Virus record (IMG/VR): IMGVR_UViG_3300035698_009252
Coordinates: 32,001-96,000 of that record
DNA length: 64,000 bases
DNA from: a virus
Strand: one strand, 5' to 3'
Numbering within the stretch: the stretch's first letter is position 1; every line of letters begins with the position of its first letter. The notes beneath the pieces were generated by a model that was given only the letters and a program-made list of their open reading frames with translations, made no database searches and was not told the origin of the DNA. The translations under genes and the position numbers were made by a program. This document shows positions 9,270 to 21,000 of the stretch, in pieces.

Positions 9270-9995
9270 TTATCTGAACCTCTTCTGCATGAACGGCTGT
9301 ACCTTCTGGTGATAGAAGTTCATTGCCGTACCCCTTCCGACTTCCGAGACCAACGCTGCATGCGCTACGCAAACCCCACCCGGTATTGTCTTATCCTCCG
9401 GGTTGCCGAGTAAAGCATATACGAACGTTTTCCACTCCGGGTATTTCTCCCCCAACTCTCGTACGGCATCGGCAAACTCGCACGACAAGATAGCCCCGTA
9501 ATGAGTCTCCTCCGCTGGCTTGCGCTCCATATCCTCATCAGGATGGGAAACCAAATGGCTCGTAAGCTTCTGCGAACGCCGGTATTCCCTGTTGAGGACG
9601 TTGGAACAAAGACGCCACGCCCAGGTCGAGAACTTAGCCCTCTTGGAATCGTAGGTGTGCAGCTTCTTCCAAATCCGCTGGAAGCACTCCTGTGCCAAGT
9701 CCTCTTGATGCTCGATACAGGTTGTGGAGTACCGCGACGCCAACATCCCGACCATGCGTTCGATAGACTTGCAGAGTGCATCCGCGAAGTATTGCCTTGC
9801 GGGGTGAGGGGGAGCCTCCCCATTACGCTCTGCCACGATGGCAGAGACCATGAACTCTTGTGTGACGGGGAATCGAGTCCCGGCTTCCGGGCAATCGCCC
9901 AGTGAGAACTCCTGGAGACGAATGTCATCCAGCCATGTTTCCAGAATCTCATTTGCTTCTTCTGTGAAGCTGCATACGGTGCCTTTACGCTCCAT
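9270..9995 (-). CDS. sigma-70 family (ECF-like) sigma factor
   Basis: Region 2: EDLAQECFQRIWKKLHTYDSKRAKFSTWAWRLCSN. Confidence 0.8.
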   Translation of the reverse strand: MERKGTVCSFTEEANEILETWLDDIRLQEFSLGDCPEAGTRFPVTQEFMVSAIVAERNGEAPPHPARQYFADALCKSIERMVGMLASRYSTTCIEHQEDLAQECFQRIWKKLHTYDSKRAKFSTWAWRLCSNVLNREYRRSQKLTSHLVSHPDEDMERKPAEETHYGAILSCEFADAVRELGEKYPEWKTFVYALLGNPEDKTIPGGVCVAHAALVSEVGRGTAMNFYHQKVQPFMQKRFR

Positions 9996-10077
9996 AGCGC
10001 CTACCTCCAGTTCGCCGATAATCGGCAGTTGTGTTTGGCCATAAATGGCCGAGCCTAGTTAGTTGCCTACAGTGGAT

Positions 10078-10106
10078 AAGTTACCCATTCATTGCCTGGG
10101 TGTCAA
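10078..10106 (-). promoter_or_regulatory. sigma70-type promoter upstream of the sigma factor gene
   Basis: TTGACA-N17-TAACTT in an intergenic gap. Confidence 0.55.
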
Positions 10107-10124
10107 CAAAATCTGGAATAAAAA

Positions 10125-11252
10125 TTATCGTCCTCCCAGAAAAGCCGAAAAGTCGGCATTCGCAAGGTTTTTCGGGTCCTTTCCCAGTGGAACGTGGCAC
10201 CGAATCAGGGTCCCCTTCCCATAGTTTCTGCTCAACCGTTCCTGCACCCGGTCGGTAATCATGCGCCCGGCACTGTCCCCATCAAACATTAGAGCAACCC
10301 GCTTCGGGGTTATTTCCGTAATAAGTGTGAATTGTCCCTCCCCCAAATAACCGCCCAGAATAGCCACGGCATTCGGGTAGCCCTCCTGCCACAACTTCAT
10401 TACCTCCCTGGGACCTTCTGTAATGAACAAGACATCGCATCCTTTCTCGCAATCGTCAAATCCAAACAGACAACCATCCGGCATGTGAGAATGAGGCCCA
10501 CCTCCCGCTATGAAATTGTCAGCATTGACGGATTTGCGGTAATCCTTGTCCTCCTTGAGGGGGTGCTCATCCAACCACCGCTCTTTGCCAAGGATGTCGA
10601 CGGCACAGTATCCAATCACTTCTCCCTTTTGCACGAAGGGGATAATTACCCGATTCGTATACCTTCCATACGTTCTTAGGAAAATCTTGTGATGGTCAAC
10701 TGTCGCGGATTGTATGTTCGTGGGATTCTTGCCTGGGGGATGCATGAAGAACTGATAAGCCTCGGGCGGCATGTACCTGTTCCCCATATCCCTCTTCACA
10801 CTCGATAGCCCCCGCACAGCTTTTACGTCCTCCCCTTCGACCCCGTGCTCCGAATACATAGATGGAGCAATTCGCTGTCGGAATTTTTTATTCTGTGCTA
10901 ACTGAAGAGACACCTCCGAGACATCCGCATCGGTTTGCATCAAGAATTTGACTGCCTCACGAGGGTGGCAGTCAAGCATCCTGCTTGCTATCCAGACAAG
11001 GTTGCTTCCACGCCCCTCCGTGAAGCAAATGGATTCGCCCGTTTCGGTATTGACGAACCAATTCGGGTCCGAGGACTCCCGGCCAACAAACATGGCATGG
11101 TCCGGGCACTTGGCCCGAACCTCACCGCCATGAGTGGATATCTCTTCAACGCCCAGCTTGTGAAGAATGGGAATAACGTCAACCGATGGCATGAGCCAAT
11201 CGATTTTCTTATACCGCAACCGTTCCCGGACGCTGAGATTATGTTCGGACAT
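10125..11252 (-). CDS. DnaG-type DNA primase
   Basis: Zn-finger-like CPDH...ICF; TOPRIM motifs ITEGP, NAVAILG, FDGDSAG, KDP. Confidence 0.88.
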   Translation of the reverse strand: MSEHNLSVRERLRYKKIDWLMPSVDVIPILHKLGVEEISTHGGEVRAKCPDHAMFVGRESSDPNWFVNTETGESICFTEGRGSNLVWIASRMLDCHPREAVKFLMQTDADVSEVSLQLAQNKKFRQRIAPSMYSEHGVEGEDVKAVRGLSSVKRDMGNRYMPPEAYQFFMHPPGKNPTNIQSATVDHHKIFLRTYGRYTNRVIIPFVQKGEVIGYCAVDILGKERWLDEHPLKEDKDYRKSVNADNFIAGGGPHSHMPDGCLFGFDDCEKGCDVLFITEGPREVMKLWQEGYPNAVAILGGYLGEGQFTLITEITPKRVALMFDGDSAGRMITDRVQERLSRNYGKGTLIRCHVPLGKDPKNLANADFSAFLGGR

Positions 11253-11271
11253 TTCAGCCCCTCATGTGGCC

Positions 11272-12249
11272 TCAGCAGCCCGTGTAGTAACGACGGCGCA
11301 ATACCGGGTCATAAGCCGTGAACTCGTCATTCTCGTTTACGTCCTGCTCGATGAACTCGATAGCGTCCACCATATCCACATCCATACGGACGATGGACTG
11401 AAGAATAAGGGCCTCACGAGTCGCCGGAGTAACCCCATTCCCATCAAAAGACGTAACCGCGTGCAACAGCCGGATAACGACTTCCTGGCTTGGAGCGTTA
11501 CCTTGCTTGTTCAGGGCCGTAATAACCCGCTTGAGGGCCGACGAGACACGGGTCATGGTCAGGTTGTTCAGCCCGAGCAAAACACCGCGCTTGGTTTCAA
11601 CCGGGACACAATCCTGAAACTCGTAAGCATCAATAGCCCCGATGCGATACAAGAGTGACGATGCGAGGAGAATCACCTTGTCTTCGTCCTCCAGCCGATA
11701 ACCGCCCATCGTCTTCAAACACACGTCGGCAACCCGAACAGTACAGGCTAACAAGCCGCCTTGCCGCCCGTAGTGCGTTCCGATACCACCCGGCGCGACC
11801 ACAAACTTGTCGAAGAACTTGGAATTGCCATAGACTTCATCCACGAGCATACCCGCCGTTTCGTCCCCCGTCGACGTTTCCAGTTTCTTCAGCTCCTCCC
11901 GGATTTCATCGAAGCGTTCGGCGCACTGGTCCATGTCATCGTAGACTGGGATGTAGTCGGAAAGGTCGTCCGGCTGCGCCACAATCTCGATATTCTTGGC
12001 GATAATGCTCGGACTACCCATGTACTCCTCGACATTGGCCACCACGAATACCCAGTTCCCTTTCAAGAGCCCATCAATGGTTCCCCAGAACTTCACGAAC
12101 CGGGAGCCGGACTTGTCCCTCAAGACAAGGTCCAGGTAATCCTTTTGTGTTTTGGTCTGCTTGACGAACGCCTTCTCGACGTAATAGACTCCCTCAAACG
12201 TTGTCCCGATGTTTTGATGCCCGATAAGGGCATGCGCCTGTGTTGTCAT
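11272..12249 (-). CDS. YhaM/Cbf1-like OB-fold + degenerate HD-domain protein
   Basis: OB fold (YLDLVLRDKSG..KFW); APGG..HYG..GGLL; HD position reads LLYRIG instead of LLHDIG. Confidence 0.7.
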   Translation of the reverse strand: MTTQAHALIGHQNIGTTFEGVYYVEKAFVKQTKTQKDYLDLVLRDKSGSRFVKFWGTIDGLLKGNWVFVVANVEEYMGSPSIIAKNIEIVAQPDDLSDYIPVYDDMDQCAERFDEIREELKKLETSTGDETAGMLVDEVYGNSKFFDKFVVAPGGIGTHYGRQGGLLACTVRVADVCLKTMGGYRLEDEDKVILLASSLLYRIGAIDAYEFQDCVPVETKRGVLLGLNNLTMTRVSSALKRVITALNKQGNAPSQEVVIRLLHAVTSFDGNGVTPATREALILQSIVRMDVDMVDAIEFIEQDVNENDEFTAYDPVLRRRYYTGC

Positions 12250-12322
12250 CCTGCCTCCTTAGCCTAGTTTTGTGCCAACATTGCCAACATTGCCCGCATT
12301 GCCTTATTATACACTCCAGCCC

Positions 12323-13909
12323 CTATCCGGTGTTGCCCTTTTTTGCCCGAATCTGTCGGATTTTGGATATCATCGTAAAGGAAGCCTTCCTGTGCTCCAT
12401 GGGAATCTGGTCCAGCACCTGGGGTGGCTCTTTTTCCGGGGCAACAACCCCGTCAGCGTCGTCCTGAATCGCAGAAGCCACCTCCGCCGCCTGGGAGTCA
12501 TCCGCGACTCCCCCATCCTTCTGAATGAGATTTTCGGCATCGGCCTCGTTTTTCGGGTCGCCCTTTGCCCCTTCGCCTGGGATTTCCTCAATTCTGCCGA
12601 TTCTTACGCGATGCTTGGCCCGATACCAGAAGGGAGGCCCATCACGATTCTTCTTAACATCACACAGCCAATACACATCCCGCTCCCATTCCTGCCGGTC
12701 AACCTGTTTCTCATCCTTGCCGGTTTCGGTAATGAGCATGAATGTATTAGCCACATGCACTTGGGCCTTGGAGCCGTATACGTCCAGCCTATTTCCTCGT
12801 TTTCCACGCTCCTGTTTCTTCATCACCTCTGTTGCGGCCTGGGTCGGGACAAGAACCGGTAAGCGCAACATACGAGCCAGCTCCTTACAATCGGCAGCCG
12901 CCTTCTTCTGCTCATCGTTCTCTCCCCACGTCTTCTCGATAGGCTTTACGTTAGGCAGATGGTCAATGATGATGAGTCCAATCTTGATGCCTCGGGCTTC
13001 ACACTGCCTGTATGCCTGTTCCGCAAGCGTAATCTCGGTAAACGCAGGAACCTCTTTGATGAAAACACGGCCATGTTTCCAGCTCTGCATAAACCTGCGC
13101 CACTTCTCAAGGTTCTCGTCTGTAATCTCGCCACGCTTGAAGTCCAGATACGGAATCTCCGTGAAGTTTGCATCAAATTTGTGCTCAACTTGCTCCAAGT
13201 ATTCCTCATTAGCCACGTGGAGAACATTTGCTCCAGGATTGAGCATGACCACGTTCATTTCCACTTGCCGAACGAACGTAGATTTCCCGGTACCGGTAAG
13301 CCCGGCAACAAGGGTCAACTCCCCTGGGAATAGTCCTCCCGTCGTATTGTCGAACATGTCGAAGCCAGTCGCCAGGCCCTTGTACTTGTCCGGGTTTTTC
13401 CTCTTATCCAGAAGCGTTTGCTCCCGCTTCTTATAGTCCGTCAACTCTACCAACGGCCTCTCATCCTTGACCCCACTGATAGCAAGAGACTGTCTCTTAA
13501 GAAGGGTCAATGCATCTGCTATCTGCCCTCCCTCAAGAAGAACGTCGACATTCGCCCCGAGCTTCAGGATTTCGCGCCCCGTATCTGCCTCTTCCAACTT
13601 TTGAAGAAGCACCTCTGGTGGGTCTTGCGTCGTTACACCATCAACAAGATTCCATTCCCCAATGAAATACTGCTGGTCACTACCCTCTACCCGCTTTCCC
13701 ACCTCATACTCAAACACCTTCTTGGTTGCTAATTGGCCCGCTGTGTTAATAGACGAGGTTAACACCTCTAGAATGAACTTCCGTTCCACGCTTGTGAAAA
13801 GGTTTTCCTTAACACGGTGAATATAGCGTCGAGACTGAATGACGCTTGTGATAAGAATCTTGAGTAAAGAGCGCTCAAGTTCAACGGTGTAGTCAAATGA
13901 TGTAGGCAT
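12323..13909 (-). CDS. DnaB-like replicative helicase
   Basis: TGFDMFDNTTGGLFPGELTLVAGLTGTGKS, IIIDHL, PTQ, KKNRDG. Confidence 0.92.
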   Translation of the reverse strand: MPTSFDYTVELERSLLKILITSVIQSRRYIHRVKENLFTSVERKFILEVLTSSINTAGQLATKKVFEYEVGKRVEGSDQQYFIGEWNLVDGVTTQDPPEVLLQKLEEADTGREILKLGANVDVLLEGGQIADALTLLKRQSLAISGVKDERPLVELTDYKKREQTLLDKRKNPDKYKGLATGFDMFDNTTGGLFPGELTLVAGLTGTGKSTFVRQVEMNVVMLNPGANVLHVANEEYLEQVEHKFDANFTEIPYLDFKRGEITDENLEKWRRFMQSWKHGRVFIKEVPAFTEITLAEQAYRQCEARGIKIGLIIIDHLPNVKPIEKTWGENDEQKKAAADCKELARMLRLPVLVPTQAATEVMKKQERGKRGNRLDVYGSKAQVHVANTFMLITETGKDEKQVDRQEWERDVYWLCDVKKNRDGPPFWYRAKHRVRIGRIEEIPGEGAKGDPKNEADAENLIQKDGGVADDSQAAEVASAIQDDADGVVAPEKEPPQVLDQIPMEHRKASFTMISKIRQIRAKKGNTG

Positions 13910-15660
13910 TAGAGAAGTTTAGCCAAATCTTTAGGGCCAAGCCGTCGCAAAACCGCATCTTCGGTATTGTCGCCAAGGACTTGAGCCGTGACCCTGTTTT
14001 TATGATAGATGACAGACCTGATACGCTCTTCAATCGTATTCCGGCAAACGAAATTCACCACAGTGACAACCTCTTTCTGTCCGATTCGATGCGCCCGGTC
14101 CTCCCTCTGAGACATAATCGAGGGGGACCAGAAATCATCATAGTTGATAACGTAACTCGCAGCTTGAAGATTCAATCCGGTAGACATCGCATCTGTGCCA
14201 ACCATCATATCGATAGCCAGGTCATCCTTAAAAGTGGCCTGCATATCGGCCCGCTCTTTCTTCGGAGTATCACCATCAATTCTAAGGTAATTCAGACCCA
14301 TGTCATGCATCAAAACCACAAGGATGTCCAGCATCCCCTTATATTGACTGAAAAGTAGGGCTTTGTTCCCATTATGGAGTACTATTTCTTCCAGAATTTC
14401 CTTCAAAGCATCCATCTTTGAGGTTTTCTTGCAAGTGTCATCCACCATTGCCGGGTAGTTACAAAACTGCTTACACCGGATAAGGGCGACGATGGCCTGG
14501 GCATCCTCGGTTGCCTTGTGGCCACCATCAGCAATGGCTTTGTATATCTTCCGCTCCGCCGGGGACAAGAGCACTATACGGTTCTCGTAAATCTTGTCCG
14601 GCAAGTCCTTAAGCACCTCTTTCTTCATACGTCGAATGAAAAACGGCTGAATACGCTCTGTTACTTCGCCCAGCCGCCTATACCCTGTCACCTTGCCCCA
14701 GAAATCAGTTTCCACATGCCGTTGGAAGAAACGGGTTTTTGAGCCAAGAAGTCCGGGAGCTACCCAATCCATGATACTGTGCAGCTCCTCCAGCTTGCCA
14801 TCCATAGGTGTGCCTGTCAGCGCCATTCTAAAATGCGACCGGAGCCTCTTCACATTCCGGGTGCGCTTGGAGGCATGGTTTCTGATAGCCTGCGCCTCGT
14901 CCACGGCCACGAAATCCCACATTCGCCTGCGAACTGCCCCAAGAATTCTACCCCTTTTCTCCGCTGCCGCCTTCATTTTGAGTTTCCGAGCAACCACTTC
15001 CGGCTTGTCGGACTTCTTTGGTTCGTAATTACGGCCCCCAAAGAGGTCCTCCAGAATCAGTTCGAAGTTGACCACGTAGAAAAACACGTCATCCCGAAGC
15101 CACTGTGCGATGCGCTCGTCCGGGGAGCCGTCAATCACTACATACTTCTCATTCGTGAATTTCTCTATCTCTAGGGGCCAGTTGTACTTAAGGGAAGCCG
15201 GGGTGATGCACAAGGCATTACGGGCCATCCCCTTGTCCTTCAGGTAGAGAGCCGTGGCAAGGGCCTGGAGAGTTTTCCCCAGTCCCATTTCGTCGGAATT
15301 AAGGACACCGGTGCCATTGATGATGGCGAACATGATACCATAACGCTGGTAGTTGTACGGGGAGCCGGTCAGCCCCGGCACTCGGAGCCGAATGGGAACG
15401 TCCTGCTTGGACATCTGGTGGAGCCGAATCAGGTGGGCCTCTTTCCCTTCCTGGACCTTGACATGCTCTTCGATATCCGGGGCAACCCCCACGGATGGCA
15501 TGTGTTTCAAAAGGAAACGAAGGTTATAGAGGGTAAATGTGATGCGCCAAACCTTCGATATGGGGTCCCAGTGTCCCCCGATATCGCTAACGATTTTGCG
15601 CTCGTCGTAACAATCCTCTATGACAATTGTGTTGGCACCATCGACGGACAAATACGGCAT
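13909..15660 (-). CDS. SNF2-family helicase/ATPase
   Basis: DEMGLGKT, VDEAQ, LTGTP, FSQY, GLNLQ, QREDRAHRIGQ. Confidence 0.95.
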   Translation of the reverse strand: MPYLSVDGANTIVIEDCYDERKIVSDIGGHWDPISKVWRITFTLYNLRFLLKHMPSVGVAPDIEEHVKVQEGKEAHLIRLHQMSKQDVPIRLRVPGLTGSPYNYQRYGIMFAIINGTGVLNSDEMGLGKTLQALATALYLKDKGMARNALCITPASLKYNWPLEIEKFTNEKYVVIDGSPDERIAQWLRDDVFFYVVNFELILEDLFGGRNYEPKKSDKPEVVARKLKMKAAAEKRGRILGAVRRRMWDFVAVDEAQAIRNHASKRTRNVKRLRSHFRMALTGTPMDGKLEELHSIMDWVAPGLLGSKTRFFQRHVETDFWGKVTGYRRLGEVTERIQPFFIRRMKKEVLKDLPDKIYENRIVLLSPAERKIYKAIADGGHKATEDAQAIVALIRCKQFCNYPAMVDDTCKKTSKMDALKEILEEIVLHNGNKALLFSQYKGMLDILVVLMHDMGLNYLRIDGDTPKKERADMQATFKDDLAIDMMVGTDAMSTGLNLQAASYVINYDDFWSPSIMSQREDRAHRIGQKEVVTVVNFVCRNTIEERIRSVIYHKNRVTAQVLGDNTEDAVLRRLGPKDLAKLL

Positions 15661-15692
15661 CTCATTCTCCTCCCCCGATTATACACCGGGGG

Positions 15693-16160
15693 TCAGCTTC
15701 CGGGCTGAAGAAGATTGAGTATTCCTTCCAAAACCGTATATGTCTTGACTGCCACCGTGGTCAGGGCGACATCGAAGATGTACTGGTCCTCCAGGGAAGC
15801 CGTATCCGCCGGGAGGATATAGAAGAAGCACTCTCCCTCGTCAGCAGCCCCGATGGCCCCCTCCGCAGCAACAGCCGTACTCTTGGTGAAGATGACGGCC
15901 CCACCGGCTTCCTTCCTCACGGTCAAGACAAGCGTGGTTCCTGTCAGGTCCACGACATTAAGGTCTTCGTCTTTGATGTACACCCGGAGCGTCCGGTCGT
16001 TACCAATATACAAGTCTACTCGGAAATGAGGCACGTTCTTCCCTCCTTCTGTCGAATGAAAATAGTTCACCGTCCCGCACATCTGTGTCTCAGGAACGGC
16101 AATGCCTGTCAGCTCCCCCGGACGGAGGAGGCTGGTGTCATAAATGACGTTCGCTCCCAT
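15693..16160 (-). CDS. putative baseplate/structural protein (BppU N-terminal-like)
   Basis: Start reset to ATG 16160; DLYIGNDRTL..VVDLTG..ILPADT..YIFDV pattern. Confidence 0.5.
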   Translation of the reverse strand: MGANVIYDTSLLRPGELTGIAVPETQMCGTVNYFHSTEGGKNVPHFRVDLYIGNDRTLRVYIKDEDLNVVDLTGTTLVLTVRKEAGGAVIFTKSTAVAAEGAIGAADEGECFFYILPADTASLEDQYIFDVALTTVAVKTYTVLEGILNLLQPGS

Positions 16161-16173
16161 AATCGGCTCGCTC

Positions 16174-16464
16174 CTATTCCAAAACCTGTAGTTCCTCGGG
16201 GATGTACTGCTCCAGCGCCTCCTCCAACTTCTGTTGGGCCTGGACGAACTCTTGCTGGGTCTTCCGGGTCTCGTCCCGCAATCTTTCGATTTTCTTCTGG
16301 ATACCTCCTGCCGTATCAGACAGCGCCCGCACCTTCGGGTCATCCTTGTGCTGATATTCAGCCATTACAAGGGCCGAATGCCTGATTTTACCCATCTGGT
16401 CGCCCCTCTGGCGTCCTCGCAAGATGGAAACTTGTTCCGCGTCGTCAATCTGTTGTGGCTGCAT
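16174..16464 (-). CDS. hypothetical coiled-coil protein
   Basis: ATG 16464 with GGAGG RBS. Confidence 0.6.
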   Translation of the reverse strand: MQPQQIDDAEQVSILRGRQRGDQMGKIRHSALVMAEYQHKDDPKVRALSDTAGGIQKKIERLRDETRKTQQEFVQAQQKLEEALEQYIPEELQVLE

Positions 16465-16561
16465 CTCTCCTCCATTCTGATTTCTTCTCGGCTTCCATTC
16501 TATTATACCCCTTCCACCGGATTTACAATCACTTTTTATCACAAATCATCGGTTTCCATAA

Positions 16562-16819
16562 TCACGAACTGGCAACGGCGAGGTCGGAAATCGTCGTTCC
16601 TTCGAGTGTCTTCAGGTCTGCTATGTCGGGCTCTGGGGGAGGAGCGGGCGGATTAGTGTTTGCAATATCCGCAGCATCTTGCTCGACCTTCCATGCTCTC
16701 AGCAAATCGGGCAGTGCTTTCTTTGTTGTGTCTGCCGGGAATACGGGCTGGGCATGGGGATATTCTTCTAGCTCTACTTCTATCCCTAAATCCGATTGTG
16801 TTATTTTGTTTATTTTCAT
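16562..16819 (-). CDS. hypothetical protein (tail-fibre-associated)
   Basis: Translationally coupled to the C1q-like gene. Confidence 0.6.
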   Translation of the reverse strand: MKINKITQSDLGIEVELEEYPHAQPVFPADTTKKALPDLLRAWKVEQDAADIANTNPPAPPPEPDIADLKTLEGTTISDLAVASS

Positions 16820-17400
16820 TATGATACCTTTGTTACGCTAAATGAATTATAGCTATCACCTGTACCCTCTAAAACTTCATTTCCACCGCTGTCCTGATAA
16901 ACCCTTGCTTTGACCGTTTCCCCTACCGCTAAAGCAAAGCTATGAGATAAACTTAATGGAGTATATCCGGGGTTAGAATTAGGCAAACTAGCAATATAGG
17001 GGTCTTGCCCCGTTCCCGAACACTCCAATTTTAAGTAATATCTTTTACCTGTATTTGTAGCTTGCCAAACAACACTCACACTTGCCTGATAAACCCCCGC
17101 TTCTGTGGCTGTAAAAATACCCGTTGCAGGATTATATTCTCCTAAAACATCTTTTTGTTCTTCGTCAAAAAGTATCGTTGTCCATGTATTATTAGCAACA
17201 GTAAAATCTCCTGTTGAAGAATTTATGTTAGCAAATATATGGGATTGTCTAAGCATGCTTACTAGACCACTATCACCATGTACTTGGATAGCTGTTCTGA
17301 CCGTACCACCATCGTTTACCTTTACGAGAACATCTTTATCCTCGATTGGGTTGGATAAAACCAGATCGCCATTACCGTCAAGCACTACACTATAAGACAT
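16819..17400 (-). CDS. C1q-like domain protein (receptor-binding/fibre module)
   Basis: TILFDEEQKDVLGEYNPATGIFTATEAGVY...LAVGETVKARVYQ. Confidence 0.7.
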   Translation of the reverse strand: MSYSVVLDGNGDLVLSNPIEDKDVLVKVNDGGTVRTAIQVHGDSGLVSMLRQSHIFANINSSTGDFTVANNTWTTILFDEEQKDVLGEYNPATGIFTATEAGVYQASVSVVWQATNTGKRYYLKLECSGTGQDPYIASLPNSNPGYTPLSLSHSFALAVGETVKARVYQDSGGNEVLEGTGDSYNSFSVTKVS

Positions 17401-18085
17401 ACCACACACTCCCGTTACAGATCACGTTCACGTTCTGATATTGTGTTGACAAGATGTAGGTTGCTCTGCCGTCTATCGTTTCAGCAGCGTTCCCGTCAAC
17501 TGTTATTACTCCTGTTCCAATGTTCTTTACAGAAAACGCCGCATTCGAGCTGGTAGCAACTGCTGTGAGCGTGACCGTAAAGGTACCATTGCAAAGAATC
17601 GCATCGTCTTCCGCATCCACTGTGTAGGTGCTGGTTTCTGTTCGCTGTGTACGACTGGCAGTGACGTTAGTTATTCCCGCGCCATCGCCATAGTAGATAG
17701 CATTGGTGAGGGTATTATTGCTTAGGTCGATACCTCCTATGTAATCCCAGAACTCGCCATTCCACTCTATAGAGCCAAACGCAGACTCAAATCCCGCAGA
17801 AATGCGTGGGCGCTTGTCTGGAGTAATGAATACAAACTCTATGGAATTTCCACCGCCAGCCTGATACACTCTAAAGGGGGTGTTATTTGTGATGGTAATC
17901 CCCTCAGTCGTACTAGCTCCATTACCCGTTACTATTTGCAAAGTAACGTTAGTCAACCCCGTAGAAATGTCTATATTTAGTACGCCCGTGTTGGTATTCC
18001 ACTGAACAATCTTCCAATCACTCGCATAGAGAGTCGCACAAGTAACAAAGTAAAGGTAAACCAAAACTAGAAGAGTCTTTTTCAT
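17390..18085 (-). CDS. hypothetical beta-rich protein with signal-peptide-like N-terminus
   Basis: [21 protein letters not shown]|S; C-terminal [21 protein letters not shown]...WYVL. Confidence 0.6.
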   Translation of the reverse strand: MKKTLLVLVYLYFVTCATLYASDWKIVQWNTNTGVLNIDISTGLTNVTLQIVTGNGASTTEGITITNNTPFRVYQAGGGNSIEFVFITPDKRPRISAGFESAFGSIEWNGEFWDYIGGIDLSNNTLTNAIYYGDGAGITNVTASRTQRTETSTYTVDAEDDAILCNGTFTVTLTAVATSSNAAFSVKNIGTGVITVDGNAAETIDGRATYILSTQYQNVNVICNGSVWYVL

Positions 18086-21000
18086 ACGTCCTTCCCAAGT
18101 ACCTGTACTTCTTTAGTACCACCCGATCCATCTGGCACTTCTATAGTCATAATAGCCCAAGAATCATCGTTCACGAATATTCCGCCTTCAAATAGGTTGC
18201 CTTCATCTTGTCCAACATTGCCGTGAATGTTGTACGTCTCCCCCGGACTGGCAACATCAATAGTCCCGTCCGCAATGAGTACATCGCCTGTTGCGTAAAC
18301 AGCGTAAGTGCCATCACATAACCCGACACTTTCCCCTGCGCTGATAAAATATCCCGCGTAACCCGAGCCCCCTAACGCGGCATTGTTGGTGCCACTGACG
18401 AAAAACCCAGCATCGCTCCCGTTTGCTAACGCGGCTGTTTGAGCACCATCGTCAAAATAGCCAGCCTGAGTTGCTCCCCCTTTGTCTGCATACACGCCAT
18501 GTAGAGCGTAAATGCCACCCGTAGTGCTAATGGCTGTGAGCGAGGGATTCTCTATCTCCAGTGTTCCGGTTGTCTTGTAATCGTAAGCGTTCGTACCGCC
18601 GTGAGTAGTGTTGAACCAATACCTAACATCGTGGTCTGGGTTAACCCCGCTAGTATCCCGTGGACTTCCCGCCGAAACGAAGTCTAGTAGGTTATGCTTA
18701 AAATTGTCATCCCCAATAATGTCATTCCAATCACAATCCAAAGCCAGAAGATCAGCACAGGTAACCTTGGGGCACAAGGCGGGCACGTCTCCCGGTAGTA
18801 CATAAGCAATACTGGATAAATCAAGATACTCCAAATCGTGCTTCTGTGAGCTTACCTGTTGACGTACCAATACAAGGTACTTTCCGTCAGCGGTACCTGA
18901 ACCAGAAAAATCAGTTGGCGTATCATCTGCCGTAGTTGTAATGAAATTGTAGAGTCGTAGCTTTGACTGTCCTATCTCGATAGACCTAGATGTAGTAGTC
19001 CACGAACCAGCATCATTAGAATCAATCCGCGCATACGCCTTCGGAGTAACGCCACCTGTACTATAATGGTAATAGGGTATGGCATAATCATTTGCGTACC
19101 TAGTAATCGAATTACTCACTATCAGAGACTCGTATGCACCCGCGTCCTGTAACGCTCCCTCGTTGCGCGAAGCTGCATCAGTAATAAAGTCTAGGCCCTC
19201 TATCCTTTGTATTTCCAAATCTATGTTAGCTATGCCTGACGCCTTACCGTCGGGTCTTACAAAGTCATGGCGAATCTCACCGCCCTTCCAGTACGGCTGA
19301 AACTGTACACAATCCATCGTATTGCCGCCGTCACCAACGGCCTGCCTTTGCACGTCAAACTTGAATAGCTTATGGTATACCAACCCATAGTAATCGGTAA
19401 CCGGGGTGTCGTCCCAATCTTCATGGTCCCATGTGAGTTCATTCACAACCCTGCACGCTACAGGCTCAAGCGACGGGTCATAAGTCATTGATGCTATATC
19501 GGCTGTGTCCGGGGCAATCGTAACGTATACTTCATCATACCCCGCATCGTAATCTGTGTAATCTGTAGTAAACAATGGCGATGATGTAAGGTGCACGTCT
19601 CGCTGTTGCCAATGGCCTTCATGGACATACAGTATTGCCGCCATTGTCGCATGACTGGTTAAAGGCCCATCGGAATCGTAACTAACAACCGTGTGGAAAT
19701 CCAACGCTGTATCAACAATCCCGTAAATAGGATTTATGTCATGGAACATACCATTCTGGTGTTGCGTGACTCCAGTAATCTCGCCCGTGTCATACGCGAT
19801 AGTAGCGATATGTCGAAGCTGCCCAAACGAGTCTGCCTTAAAACCTGTGCCCAGTACGAAACCCCTGCCAAGCATTACCTTGCTATATAGAATCTCGACA
19901 CCGTTTGTGCCGTCACCGCCCTCATCGTAGTCTGTCGATTCGTTGGAGATATCCAGCCAAGCCGAGGTACGCTGGTTCACCCCGTCACTATTCATAAGCA
20001 CGGCATAGACTTCGAGGTTGCCCGTGTAGTCTGATGCAATACTTCCCGCTCCTACTGGGTCGTACTCGTAATCGTATTTCTCTCCGTTGCCACTCATCCT
20101 CCCATTACGAACCCATATGCCCGGACGCACTGTGAACTTTTCTGCGTCGATTGTGCTCTCCTCGACATCCCACATCCGGTCGTTCCCACCCTGGAAGCCC
20201 TGGAGACCCTGGAAGCCCTGGAGACCCTGAAAGCCCTGGAAGCCCTGGAAGCCCTGAAAGCCCTGAGAGCCCCGAAAACCCTGGAAACCCCGATTCCCTT
20301 GGAAACCCTGGAAACCCTGGAGACCATCATTCCCTCCCGAACCCTGGAAACCCTGCAAGCCCTGCAAGCCCTGCAAGCCCTGCAAGCCCTGGAAACCCTG
20401 GAAACCCTGGAAGCCCCGATTCCCTTGGAAACCTTGGAAACCTTGTATGCCTTGAGGCCCTTGAGGTCCTTGGAAACCCTGAGAACCCCGACCCTGAAAA
20501 CCTTGGAAGCCCTGGAATCCCTGGAAGCCCTGGAGACCCTGAAAGCCCTGGAAACCCCGATTCCCTTGGAAACCCCGATTCCCTTGGAAACCCTGGAAAC
20601 CTTGGGGACCCCGCAAGCCCTGGAAACCCTGCAAGCCCTGGAAACCTTGGGGACCTTGCAAGCCCTGCAAGCCCTGGAAACCCTGGAAGCCCTGGAAACC
20701 CTGGAAACCCTGGAAACCTTGGGGACCTTGCAAGCCCTGGAAACCCTGGAAACCATCATTCCCTTGTATGCCTTGAGGCCCTTGAGGTCCTTGGAAACCT
20801 TGAGGCCCTTTAGGCCCTTGAGGCCCCTGGAAACCCTGGAAACCCCGTGGCCCAGGCGGTCCCGGCCCCCCTCCCCCGCTCTCATACCACCCATCTGTTA
20901 TCAGGCCAGGAAGGTCACCAACTTCGGGAGTCTCGAAGTTAGTGATTATTACCGGGCGAGTGAAAATAGGGACAATGTCGAACTGGGGGTCATTGAACTG

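Noticed and set aside
1708-15660. Inteins in RecA, DnaB-like or SNF2 proteins
   Set aside because: Lengths are normal and no intein terminal or LAGLIDADG motifs were seen.
20188-20870. CRISPR array
   Set aside because: It is a 9-bp coding tandem repeat without unique spacers; no cas genes are in the window.
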